Origin: a virus
Lineage: Duplodnaviria; Caudoviricetes
Reading direction: 5' to 3' (one strand)
DNA: 64,000 bases
IMG/VR virus record: IMGVR_UViG_3300033067_000884
Span: 5,650 to 69,649 of that record
Position 1 is the stretch's first letter. The number at the start of each line of letters is the position of its first letter. Below, in pieces: positions 16,721 to 26,309 of the stretch. Position numbers and translations under genes: made by a program. Below the pieces are notes generated by a model that was given only the letters and a program-made list of their open reading frames with translations, had not been told where the DNA came from and ran no database searches.

Positions 16721-17736
16721 CGCATTACGTGCTTCCAGGGCTTCGCCCCATAATGAATGAATTCTGCTGATACTCTTGTGGTCATCTCATCCACAACGCC
16801 TACATCTACTAACCAGCCGCCGATATCTGCGTGGAGCCGCTTCTTTCTCATGAACGGTGTCTGCCTCTGAAACGTCCCGGTCTGGATGATCCGTACGCCT
16901 CGATAGTTAGGTAAATACTCAGCCTTGTGATAGTGACCCACAAGCAAGATAAAGGGTCTCTCCTCATCATCCCACCCATCTACAATCTTTTGACTGGTAT
17001 GGCTGAGTGCGTATGAACTACCTCCACCGGCATGCATTGTACGCACGATTAATTCTTGCTTATCCGGCAATACCATACGCGTATCGGCTTCCATATAGCC
17101 AAGATACGTTAAATCATTCCGGCCCTCTCTGCGTGACATATCCTGCAAGTGGGCACCGATTTCAATGCCGAAGTTCTGTGTATACCAGCCCTCATGGTCA
17201 TCGCCATCGATAAAGCGCGTTTCAATGCCATCGCGTTGTGGGTAGTTACGAATGAAATAACGGAGCTGCGCGTCCATACCCCGTGTATTAATGTCATTGG
17301 CGTTAAAGCGCGCCTCTCCATCTACCCAGTTACCCGTGTGATATACAACACTCACGCCCTCTTGTGCATATACATCATAGAGGCGGTGCAGTGCTTCTAA
17401 GTCCTCGTAGTTACTGCACAAGTGAGTATCCCCCACAGCGCCGAAGCGAATGCGCGGCACCTTTACTTCTCTTGGGGAATGTGGCGTTAGTGTCAATGGC
17501 GGAATAGTTACAGGAGCAGTTACCGCCTCGACTGATACGCCAAAATGCTCCTGTCTATCTAGTGCTTGCTTTGACCGGGCAACATAGCGGCGGATAGCGC
17601 CGCGTAACTGGTCAGTAGAAATGGGTTCACCTAATTCAGTGCTGAGTTGCTGCGCCATCTCTGTGCGGTTCTTACCAGTCTCGGTCATTTCTGCAACAAT
17701 ACGGGCACACAATTCATCTGTCCAAATCAAAATCAT
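16717..17736 (-). CDS. calcineurin-like metallophosphoesterase with N-terminal HTH-like region
   Basis: GDTH, TGNWVDG, GDDHE, HAGGG and GHYH motifs. Confidence 0.85.
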   Translation of the reverse strand: MILIWTDELCARIVAEMTETGKNRTEMAQQLSTELGEPISTDQLRGAIRRYVARSKQALDRQEHFGVSVEAVTAPVTIPPLTLTPHSPREVKVPRIRFGAVGDTHLCSNYEDLEALHRLYDVYAQEGVSVVYHTGNWVDGEARFNANDINTRGMDAQLRYFIRNYPQRDGIETRFIDGDDHEGWYTQNFGIEIGAHLQDMSRREGRNDLTYLGYMEADTRMVLPDKQELIVRTMHAGGGSSYALSHTSQKIVDGWDDEERPFILLVGHYHKAEYLPNYRGVRIIQTGTFQRQTPFMRKKRLHADIGGWLVDVGVVDEMTTRVSAEFIHYGAKPWKHVMR

Positions 17737-17742
17737 TTATCC

Positions 17743-18171
17743 TTATTCAAATATACGCCCGGCCTCAAATAACTTTGCGGCGTATGCTTCCTTTGTTTTC
17801 TGAAACTTGGGATACTTTCTAACAACGCTCTCTAGATACCGTTCATCTGTATACTTCGTCGCATTTTCCAATAACGCCAGTATAATAATCAGCCGCTCCT
17901 TACAATGCGGAAAATCTACCTCTAGCTCATTTGTGCTAAAGCCGCTTAAAAACTTACTCAGTAAGAGTATATCATACTCGTCAACCTGTAGTGTATAGAC
18001 CATATCTTCTAGAGCTAACTGGACATCACACTGCGCAATACACTGATCTTCCCAGCCAGGTAAATACTCCCACGCCACGCTATGTCCTGAGCGTATAAGT
18101 TTATCTACATCATGATGGACAATCTTATTATCTACAATATCGAAAAGGAGTTCCTTGATAACCGCCGCCAT
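17743..18171 (-). CDS. hypothetical protein
   Basis: 142-aa ORF TAATG-coupled in the operon; weak HTH-like segment. Confidence 0.65.
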   Translation of the reverse strand: MAAVIKELLFDIVDNKIVHHDVDKLIRSGHSVAWEYLPGWEDQCIAQCDVQLALEDMVYTLQVDEYDILLLSKFLSGFSTNELEVDFPHCKERLIIILALLENATKYTDERYLESVVRKYPKFQKTKEAYAAKLFEAGRIFE

Positions 18172-18175
18172 TACT

Positions 18176-18895
18176 TTAATCCTCTCTACCGAGACAGATT
18201 AAACGATGTGGGCAGATTCTACATGCCTCTCCGACACTTCTATCATATACGCCCGTCATGTCACTGTCCAGTATCTTCTCTATAACGCGCACTGCATTGT
18301 CCAGTTTCCCTGTTGTCTCTGCGTATAAATCTTCCCCAGTGCGCAAGTGATGCCATATCTTATTACTGGGTTGATATCCATAAATCTCTGCAAACGCCCA
18401 ATCATACACGATAAACTGTAGGTCATTATCCAATACGCCGCCTAATGGCTTAAACTTATTGGTCTTTAAATCCACGAAGCCCCAATCATATGACTGATCG
18501 ATAAACCCCCGTATCTGACACAATGGGTGTGCTTGATTTGGGAATGGCAGTAGGAACTCTAGCTCCATCTCCTTTGGCGTTCGTCTATCAAATTTGTAAT
18601 TACTTACCATCTTAACGCCATCTCTGAGTAGTTCGGGTTTAATATCACGCCCATCAATACCCGCCAGTTCTAACTCGGCGTTAAATGTGTTTGCAAAGGT
18701 AAGTACCGGGTCAACCTGTTCTTTATATACCAACTCAATCGTCTTATGCACTGCCGTTCCCAATGCGGCTGCCGGATGTTTCTTGGTCTGTTGCTTATCT
18801 ACATACTCGTAATAATATTTGCGATTGCACGCGCTAAAGGTTTTGAGTTTGCTTGCGGAAAGCACCTTGAGACCGGTGATTCCACTATCTTCCAT
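18176..18895 (-). CDS. PD-(D/E)XK exonuclease with Fe-S cysteines (Cas4/AddB-like)
   Basis: LSASKL..C.RKYY, GTAVH, GFID..DLKT, Q..Y, CRICPHRLIC. Confidence 0.85.
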   Translation of the reverse strand: MEDSGITGLKVLSASKLKTFSACNRKYYYEYVDKQQTKKHPAAALGTAVHKTIELVYKEQVDPVLTFANTFNAELELAGIDGRDIKPELLRDGVKMVSNYKFDRRTPKEMELEFLLPFPNQAHPLCQIRGFIDQSYDWGFVDLKTNKFKPLGGVLDNDLQFIVYDWAFAEIYGYQPSNKIWHHLRTGEDLYAETTGKLDNAVRVIEKILDSDMTGVYDRSVGEACRICPHRLICLGRED

Positions 18896-19146
18896 TAAAC
18901 CACCTTTATTCGCTTAAAAATTGCCACATACAACCGGGTCCATCGCTGCACTTCGACACATTCGGGCATTCCTACAAGCTCCCATCCCTCGGCCCCGAAC
19001 TCATTCAATAACCCAGTTAGCGGGTCATTCGACGTAACTGTCGGCGCGGTGTAATATTTAACGGTATATTCCCATGTAGGTCTATATGCGCGTAGTTCTG
19101 TATAATCAGTACCTACTCTACGGTCATCATCATCAAATTCTACCAC
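18895..19146 (-). CDS. DUF4177-like protein
   Basis: WEY...LNEFGAEGWELV...FKR. Confidence 0.7.
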   Translation of the reverse strand: MVEFDDDDRRVGTDYTELRAYRPTWEYTVKYYTAPTVTSNDPLTGLLNEFGAEGWELVGMPECVEVQRWTRLYVAIFKRIKVV

Positions 19147-19210
19147 GAACTTTACCTCTCACTATCTGTACGCCTACAACAATGAGCCACCCAATGAAAA
19201 TGAGTTCCAT

Positions 19211-19531
19211 TTATATCCTCGTCTTATACCCAATCATTTTTGCTGCTTCAAGTCTATACGCGTGGAACTTAACCTCTGCGTCTGCTCTATCCAGATCAGA
19301 TTCTAAATGACGCACCCGATTCATTAAATCTTGTAGTCGCCCGCGAGATGTATCATCAATACCAATCAGCTTTACTGAACTGTCTCTCGGCTTTTCCTTA
19401 GTCAGCTCAGCTTGGTAAATCTCCAAGTCTAATTTAGCAATCTTTAGCTGGGCCTTGATATCTGCTTGGTTAAATAACGCTGACCGAACTTCTGTAATGT
19501 CCGGCAATTCTTCCCAGGAAAAACTAGACAT
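19211..19531 (-). CDS. coiled-coil protein (possible recombination mediator)
   Basis: All-helical heptads two genes downstream of RecA; start moved to MSSFSW. Confidence 0.6.
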   Translation of the reverse strand: MSSFSWEELPDITEVRSALFNQADIKAQLKIAKLDLEIYQAELTKEKPRDSSVKLIGIDDTSRGRLQDLMNRVRHLESDLDRADAEVKFHAYRLEAAKMIGYKTRI

Positions 19532-19742
19532 ACTCTTCCTCCATATAGGCATTGCCGAGACATGCCACTTCCTCAGTAAACGCCAGTGGTTCAACTTCGA
19601 ATCCACGTAGATGTTGACTTAACGCCAGCAACAGTTGATAGGGCGTTACATCCGTATCAGAAAGAATGGGCCGGTCATTAATGTATACATTCGTCTGTAC
19701 ATCCCCACTAGGAAGTCTATTCAAAATCATGTTAATACGCAT
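19524..19742 (-). CDS. hypothetical protein
   Basis: 72-aa ORF overlapping the RecA stop. Confidence 0.6.
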   Translation of the reverse strand: MRINMILNRLPSGDVQTNVYINDRPILSDTDVTPYQLLLALSQHLRGFEVEPLAFTEEVACLGNAYMEEEYV

Positions 19743-20652
19743 TCAATACCAGCTTCTTTATATCTTCAATCGGGAACTCATTAGCCGCCCGCTCTAAGCC
19801 TTGTACCTTTTGACCATTGAATGAAATCCAACTGCCGCTCTTTGTTACAATATCTCTATCTACAGCTAACTGGATAACGTCAAGATTATGATCAATACCT
19901 TGTCCATACTTAATAATAAAGCGCGCAACATGTCTCGGTGCGCCTACTCTATTCTTTTTAATAGTCGCCTGGATTTCTGTCTCCTGTTCAGTATTCTTGA
20001 TATTCACTAACTGAATCATCACGCTAGTAGCGTAATGCAGGGACTTTGCTCCGTATGGTACCTCACGCTCTGGTGACATTGTATTAAAGTTGGCGCGCAA
20101 TTGATTGAGAAGGATTAGCAATACGTCGTTATTATCAATAAGAGGCACCACGCGATTGACAAAGCGACTGATAATACCACTATTGCCGCCCATCTTTTGC
20201 GCGTCATTATAATCCTTATCGTTTTCACTACTGGGCTTTGCAGAAGCCATTGAATCAATCACCACTAACTTAACATCGCCGGTCTTAATTGCCTTCTCTG
20301 CAAAATCTAAACCATCCTCTGTTGAATCTGCCCGCACAACATGTACGAGATCGGTATTTACTCCTACTGCTGCTGCATAATCCTTATCATACGCCCGCTC
20401 AAAGTCAACATAGATAACCGGCAGATTATGTGTGCGTTGATGCTGGGCAATGATATCCAACGCCAATGTACTCTTGCCCGATGAATACTTACCTACAATC
20501 TGTACAATACGCCCCGACTTGACCCCGCGTGCATCTCCAATGGCTAAATTAAGAGAAAGAGGCCCAAGAGAAAACCATGTCTTGGGCCTATCTGCACTGC
20601 CGGGAGCTACTGTACCTTTATACTTTTTAAGTAGCTCGTCTAAGGAACTCAT
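19732..20652 (-). CDS. recA: RecA/UvsX-like recombinase
   Basis: Walker A GKYSSGKST, Walker B VVIDS, NQLR, PYG..SLHY, KNRVGAP. Confidence 0.93.
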   Translation of the reverse strand: MSSLDELLKKYKGTVAPGSADRPKTWFSLGPLSLNLAIGDARGVKSGRIVQIVGKYSSGKSTLALDIIAQHQRTHNLPVIYVDFERAYDKDYAAAVGVNTDLVHVVRADSTEDGLDFAEKAIKTGDVKLVVIDSMASAKPSSENDKDYNDAQKMGGNSGIISRFVNRVVPLIDNNDVLLILLNQLRANFNTMSPEREVPYGAKSLHYATSVMIQLVNIKNTEQETEIQATIKKNRVGAPRHVARFIIKYGQGIDHNLDVIQLAVDRDIVTKSGSWISFNGQKVQGLERAANEFPIEDIKKLVLNAY

Positions 20653-20975
20653 TCTTCTCCTAATGCTCTCTTGAATACATCGGGGATTTCAATCTTCGGC
20701 TTCTGCGCTTCTGTATAACCTAACCAGAAACAAACTTGCGTTACTAACATACCAAGGATCACTTTATCTTGCGAACTCATATAAGGGTTGCCAGCACTAA
20801 ATGATAAAAGGAATTGTAGTCGATTTAAGTTATCTTCCAACTCGCCGCGAACAATGGGCATATACTCCTGCATACTAAAGGAACTTTTGAGATATGCGTC
20901 AAGCCATTCGATACCTTTCGAGTATTTCTCAAATGCCTGGGCAGGAGTTAAATAGTCAAAATTGTTTTCGTTCAT
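20649..20975 (-). CDS. hypothetical protein
   Basis: Start moved to MNENN, just downstream of the promoter. Confidence 0.65.
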   Translation of the reverse strand: MNENNFDYLTPAQAFEKYSKGIEWLDAYLKSSFSMQEYMPIVRGELEDNLNRLQFLLSFSAGNPYMSSQDKVILGMLVTQVCFWLGYTEAQKPKIEIPDVFKRALGEE

Positions 20976-20981
20976 GTGTTT

Positions 20982-21010
20982 ATTATAGCACATCTGTGCT
21001 ACCGTGTCAA
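20982..21010 (-). promoter_or_regulatory. consensus sigma70 promoter of the recA operon, with a palindromic operator
   Basis: TTGACA cggtagcacagatgtgc TATAAT (17 bp, extended -10); palindrome TAGCACA-N2-TGTGCTA at 20986-21001. Confidence 0.9.
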
Positions 21011-21016
21011 TTCTTT

Positions 21017-21877
21017 CTACTTGTCGTAACAGTCGGATACTTTCGGCTCCGCAATGAATAACATCGGGTCAGCATCGGGATACATGCTACGCGCTGCGTT
21101 CTCCATTACTTCTTTAATAATGGGCACTGCCTCTTGTGTATAATCCTTACGTGTCTCTGATAATAACTCGTCATGTACCGGCGCGACTATACGCCCTCTT
21201 GATTTATCCAGTCGTGCATCAAGATGTACCATTGCTGTCTTTAGCATATCAGCACATGTCGCCTGAATGGGTTGATTACTCCCCTCTCGCATTGCTGCTA
21301 ACATACGCCACTTATCAAAGCGGATATCGGCGGGCCAGTATCGTTTTCTTCCTAATGCCGACTCCGTGTAGAAACGTGTAACCGCATACTCACTATTCTT
21401 CTTTAGTAACTGACCAGTGCCGGGGAATAACTCATGTTTCCAACGCTCTACCCACACATCAGCATCAGCTTGTGTGATAGGTATCCCTAATCCTAGTAAC
21501 TCGAAGTATAGCGTGCGATAGAGATTATACCCTGTACTACCGTAAATGATACCATAACTCACTGGCTTGAACAAGTCCCGGATTGCTTTGGCTGTATGGT
21601 TAGATTTCTTATTGGCGGGCGTTATTAAATCACCAAGGACGCGATGTATAGCATCACCACACAATTGATTAGCAACAAAGCTGTGAATATCACCTCTAAT
21701 AATCTGGTATGTAAGCTGTTCATCGTGCGACATAGCAGCCAGAATGCTAAGCTCAATACCTGAATAGTCGCAAATAATAAAATCACATCCCTGAGCTGGG
21801 ATGAACATAGAACGTATGTCATAATCTCCTAGTCCTAACGCCTCTAGCTTTCGCTTATTAACAATATTCTGAAAGTT
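21017..21877 (-). CDS. polA: DNA polymerase family A, exon 2 (polymerase domain)
   Basis: NFQNI, motif A CDYSGIEL, motif B R..FKPVSYGIIYG, motif C VHDEL. Confidence 0.92.
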   Translation of the reverse strand, partial: NFQNIVNKRKLEALGLGDYDIRSMFIPAQGCDFIICDYSGIELSILAAMSHDEQLTYQIIRGDIHSFVANQLCGDAIHRVLGDLITPANKKSNHTAKAIRDLFKPVSYGIIYGSTGYNLYRTLYFELLGLGIPITQADADVWVERWKHELFPGTGQLLKKNSEYAVTRFYTESALGRKRYWPADIRFDKWRMLAAMREGSNQPIQATCADMLKTAMVHLDARLDKSRGRIVAPVHDELLSETRKDYTQEAVPIIKEVMENAARSMYPDADPMLFIAEPKVSDCYDK

Positions 21878-22609
21878 CCTCAATACCTCTTATTACTAAG
21901 AGGAGTAGACTATATCATTATCCGCCCATATTTCAGCGACGGATAGTATGCGCTTCGGAGCTGCTAGCCCCTACTCTCTTTCGAGATAGTCGTTACTCTT
22001 TCCCGACCGTGTAATCTTGCGTGAGCAGAAATGGTTAATAACGCCAGGTTATTAATATTGTTATTGGTCTTGTCTCCATCAACATGGTGTACAACAAAAC
22101 CAGCAGGCATCTCTGTGATGCCCAATGCCTCACACATAACAACATTATGCTCGAATACATATCGCTGACCAACTCTTCCCGTGTACCATTCTGGCCTAAG
22201 GACTTGGTAGTATCCATGACCGTCAGCTACGCGCTCTGTCTTATAGTGATATGCATCTTTGCCTGACTTACCGTACGACGGGTTCAATTCACCTAACTTG
22301 GAATTTCTATACGACTGTCGCTTACGTGCCAATCTAGTTTCCGGTGTATATATCGTAGATATTAATTTCCATATAACGCCATAGGTTAAATCGACATCCG
22401 CGCCTATTTCGTCTAGAGTCATGTCAGTGTTCTCAAACAATTCTTGAACCCTTAATTTCTGCTCATCTGTATATATCACAGGTCTTCCCATTGTGTACTC
22501 CTTTCGAGTAGATAAGGGAATTGGCTTAGATCGGTATTGTCCACTAGGGAGTTCCACCGAGTTCACATACTTTTACATTAGTAATTACTTACTAACGCCC
22601 CAATACTTT
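21878..22609 (-). mobile_element. self-splicing group I intron (IA2-like, 732 nt) in polA
   Basis: 5' site after U in AACCCU; terminal G before AAC; splicing restores TGRMSGVNP-NFQNI; P1 CCCU/GGGG, P10 AAAGU/ACUUU, P3 GUAUGUG/CGCAUAC, P7 GACUA/UAGUC, P7.1 UCUC-GAAA-GAGA, P9 CCUCUUA-GUAA-UAAGAGG. Confidence 0.93.
21964..22491 (-). CDS. intron-encoded HNH homing endonuclease
   Basis: YVFEHNVVM...VVHHVDGDKTNNNINNL...HARLH; start MGRP after SD AAAGGAG, in the P6a loop. Confidence 0.9.
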   Translation of the reverse strand: MGRPVIYTDEQKLRVQELFENTDMTLDEIGADVDLTYGVIWKLISTIYTPETRLARKRQSYRNSKLGELNPSYGKSGKDAYHYKTERVADGHGYYQVLRPEWYTGRVGQRYVFEHNVVMCEALGITEMPAGFVVHHVDGDKTNNNINNLALLTISAHARLHGRERVTTISKESRG

Positions 22610-23710
22610 AGGGTTAACGCCGCTCATTCGTCCAGTAGCTGGCGCACCGCATTGCTTGTACCCTGGATGAATTCGCCGGGTAATAGGATTGATTTTAGGG
22701 ATAAGGCCGCTAATATATGTTCCTTCGAGCTTTGCCGCAGCAGTTCGAATTGCATGTTGTCTAAGCACTGGATGTGCGTATCCAACATCAAACTCGTCGT
22801 CTCCGCCTGATGACGCCGCCAGCTTCTTATGTTTGATTGCCCACTTGGCATCCCAATCACTTAACTCTTTCTTGCTAAGGGATGTTGTATCTACACCAAT
22901 AGCATTTAACGCCTGTAACATTTGCTTCGGGCTGCCGACATTAATTGCACTATATCCATCCCTTGAAAACGTTATCTCGTCAGCCGCGCCGGATGATATG
23001 ATTTCATCCTGTAACTTCTGCGTAGCGTCCTCAATAACGCGCATCACAACCGGCTGGGCAGCGCGTAGACGCTCCTCATTGATCTCTATACCATTATACT
23101 CAAGCTGCGATGTGATAGGAATAAGCTGACATTCAAGATTGATAATCTTGGATAAGTCCTTCTTGATCAGTTCATCCCGTTGCTGCATATAGATAGGCTC
23201 AAGAACAACTGTATCTTCCCCGGCATACGCCAGTTCTTCTTGACTAAATGGGATATTTAAATCCCGCTCGATAAATTGCTCCCGCACGGACTTGTCGAGC
23301 TTACGTCCTAGTCTCCGCTCAGTTACATCAGCAAGACTAAAGCCGCTAAAGAGTAGCCCTGCTTGGACTACTTGCTCGGCAATCATTGTACAATAGACCG
23401 GGGATGTATATACATCGGCGTTATGATACAACCATTTCCAGTCGAATACTGCATTGTGGGCTACTTTAAGAATCGCCGGATTATGGAAGATAGCCTTGAG
23501 TTGGTGTAGTACTTCAACGCCCATGCGTAAGATGTCAAAGACAAATGTAAACTCGTTAATCCCATTATTACCATGAATGGACAGTAATAGTAATGTACCA
23601 GTATGAGGGTCTAGCCCGGTTGTTTCTGTATCGAAATACACAACGGGGCATTCCAGCAAGAAGTCGATAATCCTATCAATATCTGCGTAATCAACCACAG
23701 TTTTGATCAT
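22610..23710 (-). CDS. polA: DNA polymerase family A, exon 1 (3'-5' exonuclease domain)
   Basis: YFDTETTGL, AHNAVFD, YAGED exonuclease motifs; ends ATGRMSGVNP. Confidence 0.92.
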
Positions 23711-24003
23711 GAAAATTCTACCCTCTGCTCTCCCATAATAAATGTCATACCCGACAGCGTTTCTACAATGGAGTCGATATCCTCTAAGATAAAATGAAGC
23801 TTTCCTACATCACACGTAAACGTAACAACTGTGGGCGTATATGCAATGCCGTCTATATTATAACGTTGTTCTGGTTTATTCACAAGATCAGCAAGGCGCG
23901 CCTGGGCAATATCTTCAATGATAATAGGGAACTTATGCTTGCCGAATTTCAGGGTCAATTCCTTGCCGATGTGCGGTGTCATTCGTGTCTTGAGGGCCAG
24001 CAC
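23707..24003 (-). CDS. hypothetical protein
   Basis: 98-aa ORF coupled to polA (ATGA overlap). Confidence 0.65.
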   Translation of the reverse strand: MLALKTRMTPHIGKELTLKFGKHKFPIIIEDIAQARLADLVNKPEQRYNIDGIAYTPTVVTFTCDVGKLHFILEDIDSIVETLSGMTFIMGEQRVEFS

Positions 24004-24277
24004 TTGTTCCTTCGATTGCTTGCGTGGGCTGAGCTTCTGAATAGCTATATCCTTCTATACCGGGGCGCTGGATTGCCCCGGCCATTATCTCATAAAAATC
24101 TAGTAGATTACCGGCATCAAACGGTACAAGATACACCGTGTCGGGTTCGATTAATAACCATTTCGAAACAATAGGGAACGCCAGTTCATTGATATCCTGC
24201 ATACAGAACACATTATACGGTATGCTGTCAACAATATTAAGCAACTCTTCCCGCGTCTGGATCACTTGGGTAGTCAT
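23933..24277 (-). CDS. hypothetical protein
   Basis: 114-aa ORF with SD AAGGAG. Confidence 0.6.
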   Translation of the reverse strand: MTTQVIQTREELLNIVDSIPYNVFCMQDINELAFPIVSKWLLIEPDTVYLVPFDAGNLLDFYEIMAGAIQRPGIEGYSYSEAQPTQAIEGTSAGPQDTNDTAHRQGIDPEIRQA

Positions 24278-24842
24278 GAATAAGCTCCTTAAACTCTTGT
24301 AGTGTGGTCAATACATAATCTCCTCTGCTACAGCGTAGAATAGCCACCGGTAGTTTACGCTCATGTAACGAGAATGCCATATCGATCATTGCTTTGGTCA
24401 TTGTAATTCCACTTTTCATACCGGCGTCAATAATCTCAGCGCCGGTCAGACGTTCTAATGTATCGTATTTCTGTAGAACATCTGTGCTAATTATAACATA
24501 CTTTGCAAACCTTACATCATGATATTGGAATACAAGGGCTGCAAACCGAGCTTTCATCTTTACCGCATCGACGTGCATCTTATCAAACCAGCGGAAATCA
24601 ATACGGATACGTGGACTACCATCTCTATCCATACCGGCGCTGTATTTACATTCAATAAAGATACGCCCGATCTTCTCGGTCTCTACCTCACAGTCGCCTT
24701 TCATTGAACCTGCGCCGGACATGGGAACACGTCTGCCAAGGAGAAACGCTGCGACATTACGCTCCATCTGACCTGATCGTGCCCTGATTCGTTTACTGTT
24801 AGCGCGTAGCGCAGCTAGTCTCTCCTCAGCATACGTTGCCAT
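24237..24842 (-). CDS. Holliday junction resolvase-like PD-(D/E)XK nuclease
   Basis: G..MERNVA, RVPMSGA, KGD...IECK. Confidence 0.75.
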   Translation of the reverse strand: MATYAEERLAALRANSKRIRARSGQMERNVAAFLLGRRVPMSGAGSMKGDCEVETEKIGRIFIECKYSAGMDRDGSPRIRIDFRWFDKMHVDAVKMKARFAALVFQYHDVRFAKYVIISTDVLQKYDTLERLTGAEIIDAGMKSGITMTKAMIDMAFSLHERKLPVAILRCSRGDYVLTTLQEFKELIHDYPSDPDAGRVA

Positions 24843-24845
24843 ACA

Positions 24846-25112
24846 TTAATACTCCTCTTTAATATGATCGATATAATTTCTCACACTGTCTATAAGCTCC
24901 AATAACGCCTCTCTATCATCCTTTGCTAACATATGTCTACCACGTGACCCGTACGCCAGTGCATTTACTAAACAGTCCCCGGCGCAATCCAACTCCTCTA
25001 TCACATCACTATACTCAGAAAGCTGTACCCTGCGTCTGTGTGTTGACCAGTAATCGGGGGATAGTCCTAAAAACGCCAAAGCATCACCTACAAAATCAAT
25101 AAATCTGGACAT
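24846..25112 (-). CDS. hypothetical protein
   Basis: Start moved to MSRFIDF, TAATG-coupled to the helicase. Confidence 0.6.
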   Translation of the reverse strand: MSRFIDFVGDALAFLGLSPDYWSTHRRRVQLSEYSDVIEELDCAGDCLVNALAYGSRGRHMLAKDDREALLELIDSVRNYIDHIKEEY

Positions 25113-26308
25113 TACACATACCTTAATACTTTGGGATAATACATACACGTCACTATCCCTACAGCTCCATCCCTATTCTTATGAAAGTCTAGTGTACACA
25201 TCCTACTGGTATCATTTGTACTCGCGGTATCAAACTTAATCTCAAAGACCACATCGGCAATATGCCCCACGCGCCCGCTGCCGAGAATACTTGCTAGACC
25301 AGTATCCCCTCTATTCTGTTGCGATAAAACAACCGCCGAGATATCTAGGCTTACTGCAATGTTACGTAACTGTTGGGCCAGATAACCATAAGCTTCCGAT
25401 GTGTTCTCAGACGGCGGGCGATCAATGATCTGTAGATAATCCACAAAAAATGCTTGTATATCATAGGTATCCTTATGCACTCTGATATGATGGAGTATAT
25501 CCATAAGACCTAGACCGGGCGTATCTACAATATGGATATACTGTTCCAATGACGCTACTTCTTCCAACGCCATATTGACTTGTTGTTGCTCTTCCTCAGT
25601 AATATCCCCGCGCCGGATACGCATACCGTCAATGCCTGATATATTCGCTACCATACGCCCAATGATACGTTCTCTTGGCATCTCTAGTGAAATGAATAAA
25701 CACGGTGTTTGCTGCCGGGCCATATTCAAGATACTCTGGACAACAATAGCGGTCTTGCCGCCGCCGCCTTGTCCAAGGATAACAGTTAATGCCTGACGCC
25801 CCCATTCACCGCCCATCATCATATCTAAGAAGGGTAATCCTGTACTAACAAATCGATACTGTCCATTAATCTTGCGCGTTAAATCAGAAATAAACGCTGT
25901 GATACCCGGCCCCAGTGAACTATCATCGGCGCTACTTAATGGCTTCAAGACAAGGAGCTGCGCCAATTGATCGCGTGTAAGATGGTTATTCGCCATAGCA
26001 ACCGTGAGATGGTTAATCAAATCTCCCAATTGCCGCCGGGTTGCTAATGATGTAAGTTTATCTACAATAGCGCCGGGCTTAGCTCCGCGTGCAGATTCAA
26101 TCTCTGGTGGAAGCATACGCCCATAGAAATGCTCAACGCCCTCGGTGGATAAGTCTCCATATGCAACGAAGGCGTCTTGCATTGCCTTAAAGATACGCGC
26201 TCTATCTCCTGTAAATAACTCCTGTGTATATCCTAAAACACTTGCTGGTCTATCCACAATAGACGCTAACAGTCTATATTCCCCCGCGTCATCTACAAGA
26301 CCACTCAT
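25112..26308 (-). CDS. dnaB: DnaB-like replicative helicase
   Basis: GQGGGGKT, FISLEM, VDYLQ, LSQ, GSG...AD, KNRDG. Confidence 0.93.
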   Translation of the reverse strand: MSGLVDDAGEYRLLASIVDRPASVLGYTQELFTGDRARIFKAMQDAFVAYGDLSTEGVEHFYGRMLPPEIESARGAKPGAIVDKLTSLATRRQLGDLINHLTVAMANNHLTRDQLAQLLVLKPLSSADDSSLGPGITAFISDLTRKINGQYRFVSTGLPFLDMMMGGEWGRQALTVILGQGGGGKTAIVVQSILNMARQQTPCLFISLEMPRERIIGRMVANISGIDGMRIRRGDITEEEQQQVNMALEEVASLEQYIHIVDTPGLGLMDILHHIRVHKDTYDIQAFFVDYLQIIDRPPSENTSEAYGYLAQQLRNIAVSLDISAVVLSQQNRGDTGLASILGSGRVGHIADVVFEIKFDTASTNDTSRMCTLDFHKNRDGAVGIVTCMYYPKVLRYV

Positions 26309-26309
26309 A

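Noticed and set aside
18176-18895. Cas4-like nuclease as evidence of a CRISPR locus
   Set aside because: No repeat-spacer array or other cas gene seen in the window; context is the RecA recombination module
21878-22609. polA as a broken gene or two separate genes
   Set aside because: The interruption is a complete group I intron that restores the frame and the conserved PNxQN motif
24613-24620. Additional GGTAGTCC box
   Set aside because: No -10 hexamer at the 8-nt spacing; treated as a chance match in the resolvase gene
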